Assembly: GCA_965221525.1 (NCBI GenBank)
Contig: CBDCSG010000008.1
Coordinates: forward strand, 775,857 to 839,856
Source: Acidimicrobiales bacterium
GTDB taxonomy: Bacteria > Actinomycetota > Acidimicrobiia > Acidimicrobiales > CATQHL01
Direction: 5' to 3'
Length of the DNA: 64,000 nucleotides
The position numbers were made by a program, and so were the translations under genes. The notes under the pieces were generated by a model. The model ran no database searches. It saw only the letters and a list, made by a program, of their open reading frames with translations, and was not told where the DNA came from. Positions 9,188-19,084 of the stretch are shown here, in pieces (positions within the stretch are counted from its first letter, which is position 1; each line of letters starts with the position of its first letter).

Positions 9188-9357
9188 TGGATCATCCTCG
9201 CGAGTGGGGCGGCTCTGGGTCTTGTAGATCGACGAGCCGGTTCAACTTCCATACTCGGCACACTACGGAGGGGATGTGACACGGCGGGTGATGTCACTGG
9301 TGTGCGACTCATGACGGCTGGGCTCTGTGCCTGTGTTTCATAAATTATCGGTTTTCG

Positions 9358-9380
9358 GCATCGCTGATACACGCTACAAT
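9358..9380 (+). promoter_or_regulatory. Putative promoter/operator of the AbiEi-like gene (copy 2)
   Basis: GCATCGCTGATAC followed by a TACAAT -10-like hexamer ~38 nt upstream of ATG 9418. Confidence 0.35.
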
Positions 9381-9417
9381 CTGAAACACAAGACTCGATG
9401 AGGAGAGGTCGTCCAGG

Positions 9418-10491
9418 ATGAGCAACGAGTTGCCCACCGGGACACGCATCGCTCGCGACATTGAAGTGGCTCTTGCCCGAAGGGTGCCACGGGATTGGAC
9501 GTTCTGCTCGGAGCCTTCGAGGGTCTCCGATCGGCCCGGAGTGGATCTGCTGTTCAGTCTCACGTCGCCTGCGGGCGAGACTGCGCTGCTCGCGGTCGGG
9601 ATCAAGACCCGAATCGAGCCCCGCCGCGTCCCGGAGTTGGCCAGACGGGTCTGGGAATTCACAACCGCGGAACTGCCCGGTGCCGTCCCGGTGCTTGGCG
9701 CCGCCTACCTCTCGCCTCGGACACGGGAGATACTTCGGGAGTCCGGTGTCGGCTACATCGACACGACCGGCAATGTTCGCATCACAGCGAGCGCTCCGGG
9801 CGTGTTCATCAGCGCCGACGGTGACGACAAGGACCCCTGGCCGCGGCGCGATGGGCTGCAGTCGCTGCGGGGCCGAGGTGCCGCCCGCGCGGTGCGGGCC
9901 ATCGTGGACGTGGCTCCCCCGTTCGGTGTCCGGGAACTGGCTGAAGCGACGGGAACCTCGGCACCGACGCTGTCGCGCGTCCTGGGGTTGCTGGAGCGTG
10001 AGGGAGTAGTGACCCGCCAAAGACGGGGCAAGGTCGTGGCCGTGGACTGGGAAGGTGTGATTCGCCGATGGGTGCAGGACTACGACCAGGCCAGATCCAA
10101 CACGGTCATCGCGTGCCTCGAACCGCGCGGGCTGGAGTCAGTCACAAGGAAACTGCGGGCGACGACGTTCACCTATGCCGCGACGGGTGCCTTCGCAGCG
10201 CAGCACTTCGATCCCATTGCCCCTGCCCGGGTGGCCGCGCTCTATGTCACGGATGCGGTCGAGGCCGCCGAGAGCCTCGGCCTGCGCGAGACCGACGCCG
10301 GCGCCAACGTCTTGCTCCTGGAGCCCTTCGATCCGGTGGTCTTCGATCGGACCGTTGAGCGTGACGGGCTCCGATGCGTCGCAGCCAGCCAACTCGCCGT
10401 GGATCTATTGACAGGTCCGGGCCGGGAGCCATCGCAAGGCGAAGAGATGCTGACCTGGATGGAGCAGAACGAGAATGCCTGGCGTACCTGA
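9418..10491 (+). CDS. AbiEi-like antitoxin/transcriptional regulator, intact-pair copy
   Basis: Paralog of 6020-7093. 17-nt overlap with the downstream nucleotidyltransferase gene. Confidence 0.6.
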   Translation: MSNELPTGTRIARDIEVALARRVPRDWTFCSEPSRVSDRPGVDLLFSLTSPAGETALLAVGIKTRIEPRRVPELARRVWEFTTAELPGAVPVLGAAYLSPRTREILRESGVGYIDTTGNVRITASAPGVFISADGDDKDPWPRRDGLQSLRGRGAARAVRAIVDVAPPFGVRELAEATGTSAPTLSRVLGLLEREGVVTRQRRGKVVAVDWEGVIRRWVQDYDQARSNTVIACLEPRGLESVTRKLRATTFTYAATGAFAAQHFDPIAPARVAALYVTDAVEAAESLGLRETDAGANVLLLEPFDPVVFDRTVERDGLRCVAASQLAVDLLTGPGREPSQGEEMLTWMEQNENAWRT

Positions 10492-11335
10492 CCCGCTGTA
10501 CGTCCAGGCCCGCAAGGCGCTGCTCGACGCCACCGATGCCCTGGCTGCGCATCGTGACGCGGTCGTGCTCGTCGGCGCTCAGGCCATCTATGTCCACACC
10601 GAAGAGGCGGACCTTGCTGATATAGCGCACCCCCCTCCCCCCGAGTACACAACCGACGCAGACTTCTCGCTCAGCCCCGAGGACTTGAGCGACTCGCCGA
10701 CTGTCGCAAGGGTGCTGGTAGAACGCGGCTTCTCCCGTGGCGAACATCCCGGGGCCTGGTTGAGCCCGGACGGCATTGCCATCGATCTGATGGTTCCCGA
10801 GGCTCTTGCTGGAGCTGGTTCGAGAAGTGCTGACCTTGGTCCCCACGGTAACCGAGTGGCCCGGCGAGCCAAGGGTCTGGAGGGTGCGCTCGTTGACCGA
10901 GACCGTCGGGAACTCCCTGCGCTCGACCCCGCGGACCATCGGTCGGTGAGGATGTACGTTGCCGGTCCCGGTGCCCTCCTTGTTGCGAAGGCTCACAAGA
11001 TCGCCGACCGTGCCGAAACCGCGAGCCGGAGGGAGGACAAGGACGCATTGGATGTCCTCCGCCTCCTGCGAGCGACGGACACCGCGGATCTCGCTAGGCG
11101 CATCACGCGACTGGCACGACACGAACTCAGTTCGAGCGTGACCGCCGATGCGGTTGCACATCTCTCGAATCTGTTCAGTCGCGCCGACGCTTTGGGAGTC
11201 GAGATGGCTGTTCGAGCAGCTGGCGCTAATGCCGAGGTGGACGTGATAGCCGCCTCGATGAATGTGCTCGTGTCGGACCTCCTAGGCGCCATCCGGGACG
11301 CTGAGGTCGAGACGCCGGGCGATGCCATCGGGTGA
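10475..11335 (+). CDS. AbiEii/AbiGii-like nucleotidyltransferase toxin
   Basis: VLVGAQAIYVH...YTTDADFSL fits the minimal NTase motif. Overlapping operon with the AbiEi-like gene. Confidence 0.55.
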   Translation: MPGVPDPLYVQARKALLDATDALAAHRDAVVLVGAQAIYVHTEEADLADIAHPPPPEYTTDADFSLSPEDLSDSPTVARVLVERGFSRGEHPGAWLSPDGIAIDLMVPEALAGAGSRSADLGPHGNRVARRAKGLEGALVDRDRRELPALDPADHRSVRMYVAGPGALLVAKAHKIADRAETASRREDKDALDVLRLLRATDTADLARRITRLARHELSSSVTADAVAHLSNLFSRADALGVEMAVRAAGANAEVDVIAASMNVLVSDLLGAIRDAEVETPGDAIG

Positions 11336-11509
11336 CCATTCGACCGGCACGAACGCAAGAGCATCTGAGTCGCGGCCATCGCAGGGCCGGCCCGGGTGTC
11401 GCCGCCGCCAACACCTCTGAGAGGCGTGACTGGCGGGGTCTGCCGGGGGCTGGCGGGGCCGGGGATGGGTTCGCGGCCGCGGTGAGCGGCTGGTTGGCCC
11501 GGTGGTCGG

Positions 11510-12586
11510 TCAGGTGACTCGGATGGGGTGGGGGAGGGGTTGGTTGAACAGGTAGCCCCGCGTGTTGTGGGGGATGGTGTCGGGTTGGGTGTTGCCGGCG
11601 GCGTCGGTGGCTCGGATCGTGAGGGTGTGTTCGCCGGGCTCGGCGGTCCAGCGGAACGTGAAGGGGGTCCAGGAGTACCGCGACGGCGGCGGTTCGATCT
11701 CGGCGGGCGACCAGGTGGCGCCGGAGTCGGCGCTCCATTCCACGGCACCGATGGCGCCGTGGGGCGACCGGGCGTAGCCCCCGATGAGGTGCGCCCCGGC
11801 GTGCAGTTCCGCCGGCCACGCCAGCGCCAGTGCGCTGTTGATCACCAGGGTCGTGATCGGCCGGCCCATGGCGGGTCCCTCGGCGGGGTAGTCCTCGCCG
11901 ATCAGCACGTAGTTGGTGGTGTTGTTGCGCGTCCAGATCTCGTTGGCGGAGACGACGATGCGCCCGAGCCACTTGATGCTGTTGGCGCCCACCCAGCCGG
12001 GCACCACGGCCCGCACCGGGAAGCCGTGATCGCGGGGCAGGACCTCGCCGTTCATCTCATAGGCCAGCAGCGTGTCGGGATCCATTGCCTTGTGCACGGG
12101 CAGGACTTTCCGGAAGCCGCCTTCGGGTGCGGTGGTGTCGAGGCCCACGAGCAGCACGCTCACGGCGCTGGGGGCGATCCCCGCCTCGCCCAGCACGTGC
12201 GCCAGCGGCACGCCGGTCCATTCGGCGTTGCCGACGGCGCCGGTGCCCCACGGCGGGCTCCCCGCCCGCCGACCCCCCAGGAGGTCGAACATCGCCCGGT
12301 GGTTGCCGGCACACTCCAAGTAGCAGGTGAGGCTGCGGCGGGGCATGCCCCGAATGTCCTCATAGGTGACGCTCAGCGGCCGCTCGACAGCATCGCCCTC
12401 CACCCGCAGGCGCCACGACGAGGCATCGACATCGACCGCCCGCTCCCCGTTGTGCAGCACGTAGAAGAGCCGGTTCGGCGTGATCGAGCCCGACTGGAGT
12501 TCGAGCCGAGACTCCAGCGCACCACCGGGATGAACGATGAACGGCTCGGTGTCCTTGAAGAACCGCGGCGAATCTCCGCCGACCAC
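11510..12586 (-). CDS. Sulfite oxidase family molybdopterin oxidoreductase
   Basis: YLECAGNHR (Mo-ligand Cys motif), VVPGWVGANSIKWL, and a C-terminal Mo-co dimerisation-like domain. GTG start. Confidence 0.8.
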   Translation of the reverse strand: MVGGDSPRFFKDTEPFIVHPGGALESRLELQSGSITPNRLFYVLHNGERAVDVDASSWRLRVEGDAVERPLSVTYEDIRGMPRRSLTCYLECAGNHRAMFDLLGGRRAGSPPWGTGAVGNAEWTGVPLAHVLGEAGIAPSAVSVLLVGLDTTAPEGGFRKVLPVHKAMDPDTLLAYEMNGEVLPRDHGFPVRAVVPGWVGANSIKWLGRIVVSANEIWTRNNTTNYVLIGEDYPAEGPAMGRPITTLVINSALALAWPAELHAGAHLIGGYARSPHGAIGAVEWSADSGATWSPAEIEPPPSRYSWTPFTFRWTAEPGEHTLTIRATDAAGNTQPDTIPHNTRGYLFNQPLPHPIRVT

Positions 12587-12845
12587 AACCGAAGCCTAAA
12601 GCGCACAATCCGGGCGAGGCTTACGTGTCTTGCGACCCGATGGACAGCCTGCTGGCGCAACCGGCGGGTCGCTGTCGTCTGCAGGTTTGTCCGCCGTTTG
12701 CCTCAATTAGCTGCAGGAGTCGCGAGTCACAGCCGAGCGCTCTTACGCTCAGATTCCTCCCTCCGGGCGTCCTGACGTGCGACCCTGACTCCACAAGGCG
12801 TCACAGATGACTCGATTGAGCCGATGAAGCAGCTGGAGTGCAGAG

Positions 12846-14147
12846 ATGGACGGACACGACGAGGAACTCCCCGACGAGGAACACATCCGAATCGCGACCG
12901 AGATGTACGAGCGCTGGCAGCAGGGCGAGCCGAAGTCGCGTCTCGAGATCGAGTACTGGGGCAATGCCACCGCTCACGGGAAGAAGTTCACGGGATACGT
13001 GAAGAAATGGCTCGGCGTCGAAACTGAACGCAGGTCACACCAGAGTGCCCGGATCGAGGAGTTGGAGGCGCTCCTCCGCGCCCGAGGCATCTCGCCGACC
13101 GCAGCAGGCGACCTGCCCGAGGAGTACCGCCTCCTGGCTAACGCCCGGGAGAGTGCGCTCGCCGCAGTCCGGATCTACAACGACCCGGTGGCCGGCTACA
13201 GAACCGAGACCTTCGTCGTTCTGATGGTGGGCGCCTGGAACTCCCTGCTCCAAGCGATCCTGGAGCGCTCCGGCGTCGACTACTACGAGCGGGAAGAGAG
13301 CGGCGCCCAGGTGCTGATCGGAGGTCGGGCGAAGGTTCTGGGTACATGGGAACTCGTGAATCTGGCGCTGGCCGACGACGAGAACCGAGCCGTTCGGGCG
13401 AACCTCGACTTCTTCCTGAAGCTGCGGAACGAGATCGCGCATCGCTACCTGCCGGCACTCGACACCGAGATCGCCGGCGAGGCGCAGGCGATGCTGCTCA
13501 ACTTCGAGGAACTGCTGCTCGCCGAATTCGGGGAGGAGGCCGCTCTTGGTGAGCAACTGGCTGTCCCGCTGCAGTTGAGCGGTTTCAGAAGCGATGACTC
13601 CCTGCAGTCACTCCGCAAGGCGCAGGCACGACTACCCGTGAACGTGTCGGACTTCCTCGCTCAGCACCGAGCCGGTGTAGACGACGAGGTGTTGGCCAGT
13701 CCGAAGTACTGCCTCCAGATCTTCTTCGTGCCAGTCACCGCGAATCGGGAGCGGTCCGCCGACGCGGTGGTCCGATTCGTGCCTCCCGGCACGGTCACGC
13801 CTGAGTTGGAGGCCGAGCTTGCGAAGATGGGAGTCGTAACCAAGCGGAGGACCACGCCGGTGGCATCGGACGACCTGTTCAGGCCGAAGGAGGTCGTCAG
13901 CCTTGTGGCAGAGCGGTTGCCGTACCGCTTCACGATGAGCACCCACACGGTGTGCTGGAAGCACTTCAAAGTGCGGCCGTCCAGCGATTCGTCCGAGCCT
14001 GAAGCGACGGATCAGCGCTACTGCCGCTGGGATCGGCTGCTCGGCGGGTACGGGTACACGCAGGCATGGATTGAGAAGCTCGTCCGTTACCTGAGCGACC
14101 CGGAGACGTACGAGGAGGTCGTCGGAATCGCGCCAACCCACCGGTGA
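12846..14147 (+). CDS. DUF3644-like protein with HEPN Rx4H motif
   Basis: AAVRIYNDP... and FFLKLRNEIAHRY (R-N-E-I-A-H at nt 13425-13442). Confidence 0.6.
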   Translation: MDGHDEELPDEEHIRIATEMYERWQQGEPKSRLEIEYWGNATAHGKKFTGYVKKWLGVETERRSHQSARIEELEALLRARGISPTAAGDLPEEYRLLANARESALAAVRIYNDPVAGYRTETFVVLMVGAWNSLLQAILERSGVDYYEREESGAQVLIGGRAKVLGTWELVNLALADDENRAVRANLDFFLKLRNEIAHRYLPALDTEIAGEAQAMLLNFEELLLAEFGEEAALGEQLAVPLQLSGFRSDDSLQSLRKAQARLPVNVSDFLAQHRAGVDDEVLASPKYCLQIFFVPVTANRERSADAVVRFVPPGTVTPELEAELAKMGVVTKRRTTPVASDDLFRPKEVVSLVAERLPYRFTMSTHTVCWKHFKVRPSSDSSEPEATDQRYCRWDRLLGGYGYTQAWIEKLVRYLSDPETYEEVVGIAPTHR

Positions 14148-14236
14148 GTGACCGCCGGGGCGCACGACGGCAGTGCCTGGTACTAGGAGAACCGCGCGTC
14201 ACCGGAGCCAGCACCCGCTTGAGTTCGAGGAGCCGG

Positions 14237-17134
14237 CTACTGGAGGATGTGCTGTGTCCATCGCCGGACTATTGCCGACGGGTGTTCTTGGAGGTGTTGC
14301 GCGATCGCGGATGCGGATTCCGATGTTGGCGAGCTGGCTAGGGCCAGGCCGGAGAGGAGAGCGGCGGGTAGCAGGATCCCGTCCTTGCGGGCCAACTCCC
14401 ACGCCTGAGCGCGGATGGCTGGGCGGGGGTCGGTGACGGCCAGCTTGCCGATTGCGCGGGCTGCCTCGTGTCGTACTTGGTGATGCGGGTCGGTGGAGAG
14501 GGCGGCGAGCAGCGGCTGCTGGTCAGGCTGCTGCCCCCAGCCCAGGAGCATCGCGGCGTCCCGTCGCTGCTCTGGTGTGCCGACGGCGAGCTTCTCCATT
14601 TCGGTGGCGGCGTCTTGGCCGTCTGGCATGCCGAACACGATTCCGAGCATGGTCTCGATGCCGCCGATGTCGGCTTCGAGGCCGATGCCCGGCTTGGATT
14701 CGGCAACTGCGGCGGTGTTCGCTGCGAGAGCGGACCGAACATCGGCGGGCAGCCTGTCAGCGTTCTGAGCCATCAGCAGGCACGCCTGTCGTTTGTCGTG
14801 GCCTGCTGCTAGGGGTTCCAACAGCAACTCAAGTACGTTGTCCCAGCGGGCGTGGTCGGGGAACTCAAGACTCATTGCTGCCAGCCAAAGGGCGGCGTCG
14901 ATTCTGTCGCCGCCGTAGGTTCCGTTGCGGGCCGCGGCCAGGATCTCGTCTGCGGCGTCGGCGAGCCGGGCGATGACGGATACGGCGTCGCTTTGGTCGA
15001 GCGCTGGTAGGTCGGCTACCGCCCCGATGGCCTGTAGTTCTCCGGCGACGGCGCGGCTGGTTGCCTCAGTGTCGGCTCCCAGGTAGCGGTTGTCGGCCAG
15101 CCAGCCGAGCGCGGCGACCGCGATCGAGCCGCGTTGCTCTCGTGCCTTCTCCCAGAGCGCATCCCGGGCGTCTTGATCGACCTTGCCGTAGTCGAGCGTG
15201 CCGATGGCTGTGCAGACCTGCTGGGTCGTCAGGGACGGCGGCGGGTCGGGCAGTTCGGCGATAAGGCGGGCGGCCGCGGTGTGGGCGCGGTTGCCGGCGG
15301 CGGGAAGCAGGCCGGTGACCGCCTCCAAGGCGGCCATCGGCACAGTCCGCGACGGCATCAACCGCTCGGTCAGCTCGACCGGATCTTGCACCAGCTCGGT
15401 GACCCAACAAGCGAACTCGGTGGCCGACGCCTCTTCGATGAGGTCGCCGGCCCCGGCCAGCGCCGCGAAATTGGCATCGCAGGTGGTGTGCGTCCAACCC
15501 GCCGAAGGGATGTCGTTCACTGCCTCGGCGACCGGCCCGAGCGGGCCGTCATAGCGGAGCCGGCGGATCGCCTTCGCCAGCGACTTGTGGTCGCCGCTTC
15601 GGCGGAGGGCTCTGAGGCCCTCGACCAGTTCCAGAGTCTTGTTGGCGGCGTCGGAGGCGTCCACGAGCCGCTGTCTGCCGTACAGGGCGCAGGCCTGCTT
15701 CCAACTGCTGTGCTCGCCAGTGATGTCGGCGCTGAACTCGGCTGCGAACAGCTCCTGTGTCCGGGGCCTCTCCCACCGGATCAGGTAACGGAGGTGGGGA
15801 TCGGCCCAAGTCTCGAACCGGGTCTTCTCCACGCGACCGAGTCCCCACGAGACGGTCTGGGCCCGCCACCAGGACACCGCCGTGTCTGACGCAGTGACCA
15901 GCTCTTTAAATCCCCGAGTCCTCTCTGCCCAGTCCGACGGGTCCGCGAGGCAGGCGGCGGCATAGAGCTGCCAGGCCGCTGCTGCGGCCAAAGCAGACGC
16001 GGTGGTGTCATCCCGGTCGCCGAGAAAGCAGCGCTGCGCGCTGATCGCATCACGTCGCGCGTCGTCGAAGTCGCCAACCTCGGTTCTGAACCGGGCCCGC
16101 TGTACGAGAACCCACCCATGGTCCACCGGCGGCAGGTCGTCATAGTCGACTAGACCGTCCAGCGTCTCCAGTGCGCGGTCGTACCGCTCCAAGCGGTGTA
16201 GGGCACACGCCAGCACCACACCGTTCGCCGCTCTCTCCTCTGGGGAGCGGGCCGCGGCGAACGCGGCCTCCAGACGTTGGATCGAATCTGTGAGTGCCCA
16301 GTCCCAGAGAGCGGCCACGAACAGCCACCCCCAGTCCTGGCCCGTGTAGGGCCGCCTCGGATCAGGTACGCTCTCGTGCTTCTCCGCGAATTGGACGAGA
16401 TCGAAGAAGCGCCCCTCTGCCAAGAGAGCAGCGCCGTCTACAGCGTCGATCTCGTCCTCCTGGTGGGCGTTGGGATTTGGCGCCAGCAACCTCGGCGCCA
16501 CCAGCGCATACCGCAGTCGCCGCGCCGGCGGAATGCCGCCGGGCAAACCGGACAGGGCGGTGCCTTCGATCACCGGGGCGACCTTCTGCTCGCAAGCCAC
16601 AGCGAACAGCTCGCCGGCGTGCTCTTCGTCGATCGTCTGGTCCGCGGGCACCAAGATCTTGCATCCCCTCCGGGCGCTGGCAACCCGGTCCGCAGTCACG
16701 TGTACCCAATAGGACATGCGCTCCTCGAGGCAGTGCAAGACCAGCAGATGTGGCAGACTGTGGGTCACCCAGTCGTCGAAGTGCCTCGCATCTGGCTCGT
16801 AGTACCACCACCCAAGAACCCGGCCGCCCTTGTCGCGTTTGCGCCTCCTGAAGCGGCTCGGCCCTGCCTTCACCTGAACTCCGACAATCAGGCCCCGATC
16901 AAAACGCCTCTCGTCGCGCGCTTGCACCAAGAGATCCGTCCCCAAGTCATGGTCCGCGTTGCGCACCGGACCCCATCCGATCGCCTCAAAGTCATCACAC
17001 ACATCGCGCAACGCCTTGCGCTCAGTCTCCTCCGACTTGCTAACGCGCACCAGAATCCTCCCCGACCCGGGACACCAACTCTGAGTCGGAGACAGGATTG
17101 TACGAGACCGGCGTGAGGACCTGCGCACGCGCAT
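14237..17134 (-). CDS. DUF4365 (PD-(D/E)xK-like) N-terminal domain fused to a long helical/HEAT-repeat region
   Basis: N-terminus DFEAIGWGPVRNADHDLGTDLLVQ...IVGVQVKAG. C-terminus DPHHQVRHEAARAIGKL and PSAIVRRW HEAT-like repeats. 965 aa. Confidence 0.6.
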   Translation of the reverse strand: MRVRRSSRRSRTILSPTQSWCPGSGRILVRVSKSEETERKALRDVCDDFEAIGWGPVRNADHDLGTDLLVQARDERRFDRGLIVGVQVKAGPSRFRRRKRDKGGRVLGWWYYEPDARHFDDWVTHSLPHLLVLHCLEERMSYWVHVTADRVASARRGCKILVPADQTIDEEHAGELFAVACEQKVAPVIEGTALSGLPGGIPPARRLRYALVAPRLLAPNPNAHQEDEIDAVDGAALLAEGRFFDLVQFAEKHESVPDPRRPYTGQDWGWLFVAALWDWALTDSIQRLEAAFAAARSPEERAANGVVLACALHRLERYDRALETLDGLVDYDDLPPVDHGWVLVQRARFRTEVGDFDDARRDAISAQRCFLGDRDDTTASALAAAAAWQLYAAACLADPSDWAERTRGFKELVTASDTAVSWWRAQTVSWGLGRVEKTRFETWADPHLRYLIRWERPRTQELFAAEFSADITGEHSSWKQACALYGRQRLVDASDAANKTLELVEGLRALRRSGDHKSLAKAIRRLRYDGPLGPVAEAVNDIPSAGWTHTTCDANFAALAGAGDLIEEASATEFACWVTELVQDPVELTERLMPSRTVPMAALEAVTGLLPAAGNRAHTAAARLIAELPDPPPSLTTQQVCTAIGTLDYGKVDQDARDALWEKAREQRGSIAVAALGWLADNRYLGADTEATSRAVAGELQAIGAVADLPALDQSDAVSVIARLADAADEILAAARNGTYGGDRIDAALWLAAMSLEFPDHARWDNVLELLLEPLAAGHDKRQACLLMAQNADRLPADVRSALAANTAAVAESKPGIGLEADIGGIETMLGIVFGMPDGQDAATEMEKLAVGTPEQRRDAAMLLGWGQQPDQQPLLAALSTDPHHQVRHEAARAIGKLAVTDPRPAIRAQAWELARKDGILLPAALLSGLALASSPTSESASAIAQHLQEHPSAIVRRWTQHILQ

Positions 17135-17352
17135 GGGCCGAGTCGCGGAGACGACAGATCCGGATGTTCTCGGTCACCGGTAGGGGATCATCGTCGGCCT
17201 CGCGTGGGCAGGGGTCCAGCGACGCCTAGTCTCGTGTGTGGTCATCATCGACCGTCGCTAGGGCCGGGGAGTTCTAGGTCGAGCGGGAGAGACTAGATGG
17301 CGATCAGGTACACCCGGCAGCCGAGGTCGAAGTGATTGCTAGGAGCAGATGA

Positions 17353-18864
17353 GTGAACGGTCGCCCTGAATCAGAAGACTTGCAGGCACTGGCGGCTGAT
17401 TGTATCGGCGCAGTCTTCGAAGTTCTTGAGACTCATCGCGTAATCCCCCGTCCGCGTCACATGCCATTCGTTCGATGGGGCAGACACTACTTGATTCGTT
17501 GGATAAGTGAGCTGGAGAGCTACATCGCCCTCGAACAGGCGATCTTATCCACATTTCCTTCATCTTTTGATCATGATCCTACACAACCGGGCCGCACAAT
17601 CGAGCAACCGCATTCTTACATATGCAGACTGATCGACGCATGTGTAGCGCTCTGCACCGCGCGAGAGGAAGCCTACTCGCAGCGATCACCATCAGTGATT
17701 GAGTGTATCCAGTCGATGCTGTTGGAGTTGGAGGCAGAGGAGCACGAGTTCGTTTGCTGTCTTGGGGTAAGTGACCTTTCGACTACTGATGGCGAGTCGG
17801 CACTCGTTGGCGATGTGCTCGTTGTTCCAGAACACTACGACGATAAAAGACAGATTATCGACCGAGTTGGCTCAAGCATAGCAGGTGCTGAAGCTGCCCA
17901 GAGGGAGAACTGGTATCTCGATCTCCCGCTCGACACAACACTCCTGTTCACGGATGTTCGAGCGCATAGTACAATGTTTGAACTCAAGTCACTGGAAGCG
18001 CAGGAAGCCTTAAGGACGTTCCTTCTGATTCTGCAACTTCTACAGCCTACTACATGTAGATCACTATTCTGGATCATTGGACCTACAAGCCGACTGAGCC
18101 GCGTAGAGCCGCTGTACTATCCGACTGATCAGTTCATTCGACTTTCTCCCGTCCGTAGGACCGCGACAGTGACTCAGTCGACGTCGACAGTCTTTTCGAC
18201 GATTGGTTCGATGCTCTCAAGTATCGAAAGACACACTTCTTGCTCTTCAGACCGCGCTGACGCCTCAGCGAGACGTCGTAGCGGGCAGATTCTGGTCACG
18301 TCGTGGCAAGTTGCACTCCGGAACTTCTCGCAATCACATGGTGAGCTATTCTGGCATCGGAATCTCGTCGATCTTACGACTGGACTAGAGGCAGCAATGT
18401 CCGATATAGATCAAGCTACTGAGAGTGTCACGTTCCGCCTTCAGACTAGAGCTGCGGCACTTCTAGCAACCGATGACGATCCTCCACGTACGATCTATCG
18501 AGATGTCGGTGTGCTTTATGGTCTCCGCTCAAGAATCGCCCATGGCTCCGACATAGATCTTCGCAAGTTCGACAAGGAAATCAAGAAGCTGTCAACTGCA
18601 TCTGATCAGTCATCGTGGCTTCGCGATTATCACCTGGCCATTGATCGGCTACGAGATCTATTGCGCCGCGCGCTCTTGGCGAGAATGTGCCTATCTATTG
18701 AGGGTCCGGACAGATGGAAGTTCGGTGAGCGGTTCGATATTGACCGACGATTGAGCGATGATCGCGTTCGCAATGAGCTACGAACAAGATGGCGCACTGT
18801 AATGCAAGATGCCGGTGCGTTGGAGGCGACCGAAGCTGCGCTCGAGCCTGATAGCAGGTACTGA
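17353..18864 (+). CDS. Hypothetical protein with C-terminal Apea-like HEPN motif
   Basis: AGGAG RBS then GTG 17353. GVLYGLRSRIAHGSD (R-S-R-I-A-H at nt 18526-18543). Distinctly A/T-richer codon usage than neighbours. Confidence 0.55.
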   Translation: MNGRPESEDLQALAADCIGAVFEVLETHRVIPRPRHMPFVRWGRHYLIRWISELESYIALEQAILSTFPSSFDHDPTQPGRTIEQPHSYICRLIDACVALCTAREEAYSQRSPSVIECIQSMLLELEAEEHEFVCCLGVSDLSTTDGESALVGDVLVVPEHYDDKRQIIDRVGSSIAGAEAAQRENWYLDLPLDTTLLFTDVRAHSTMFELKSLEAQEALRTFLLILQLLQPTTCRSLFWIIGPTSRLSRVEPLYYPTDQFIRLSPVRRTATVTQSTSTVFSTIGSMLSSIERHTSCSSDRADASARRRSGQILVTSWQVALRNFSQSHGELFWHRNLVDLTTGLEAAMSDIDQATESVTFRLQTRAAALLATDDDPPRTIYRDVGVLYGLRSRIAHGSDIDLRKFDKEIKKLSTASDQSSWLRDYHLAIDRLRDLLRRALLARMCLSIEGPDRWKFGERFDIDRRLSDDRVRNELRTRWRTVMQDAGALEATEAALEPDSRY

Positions 18865-19084
18865 ATAGTGGGTTTGCTGGCTCCAATAGTCACGACGATA
18901 CCAGCTGAGCGTAGGTCGTAGGATTCGAATCCGATGTGCCGGAGGTGCGGACATGGAGATCAGTTGGCAGAGCGTCTTCTGAACGGTATCGCTTTGATGC
19001 TCGGGCAGGCGGCAGTCTGGTAGGCGGCTTTGAGTTCTACGAGTGATTCAATGATGATCGTTGCAGAGGAGCGATGAGTTTAGT

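Noticed and set aside
18895-18950. tRNA-like strings: the 12-nt palindrome GGATTCGAATCC resembling a T-loop, and CCAGCTGAGC resembling a reversed D-arm.
   Set aside because: I could not fold a complete cloverleaf on either strand. The flanking stems do not pair and the two pieces are in the wrong relative order. At most it is a degraded attachment-site remnant.
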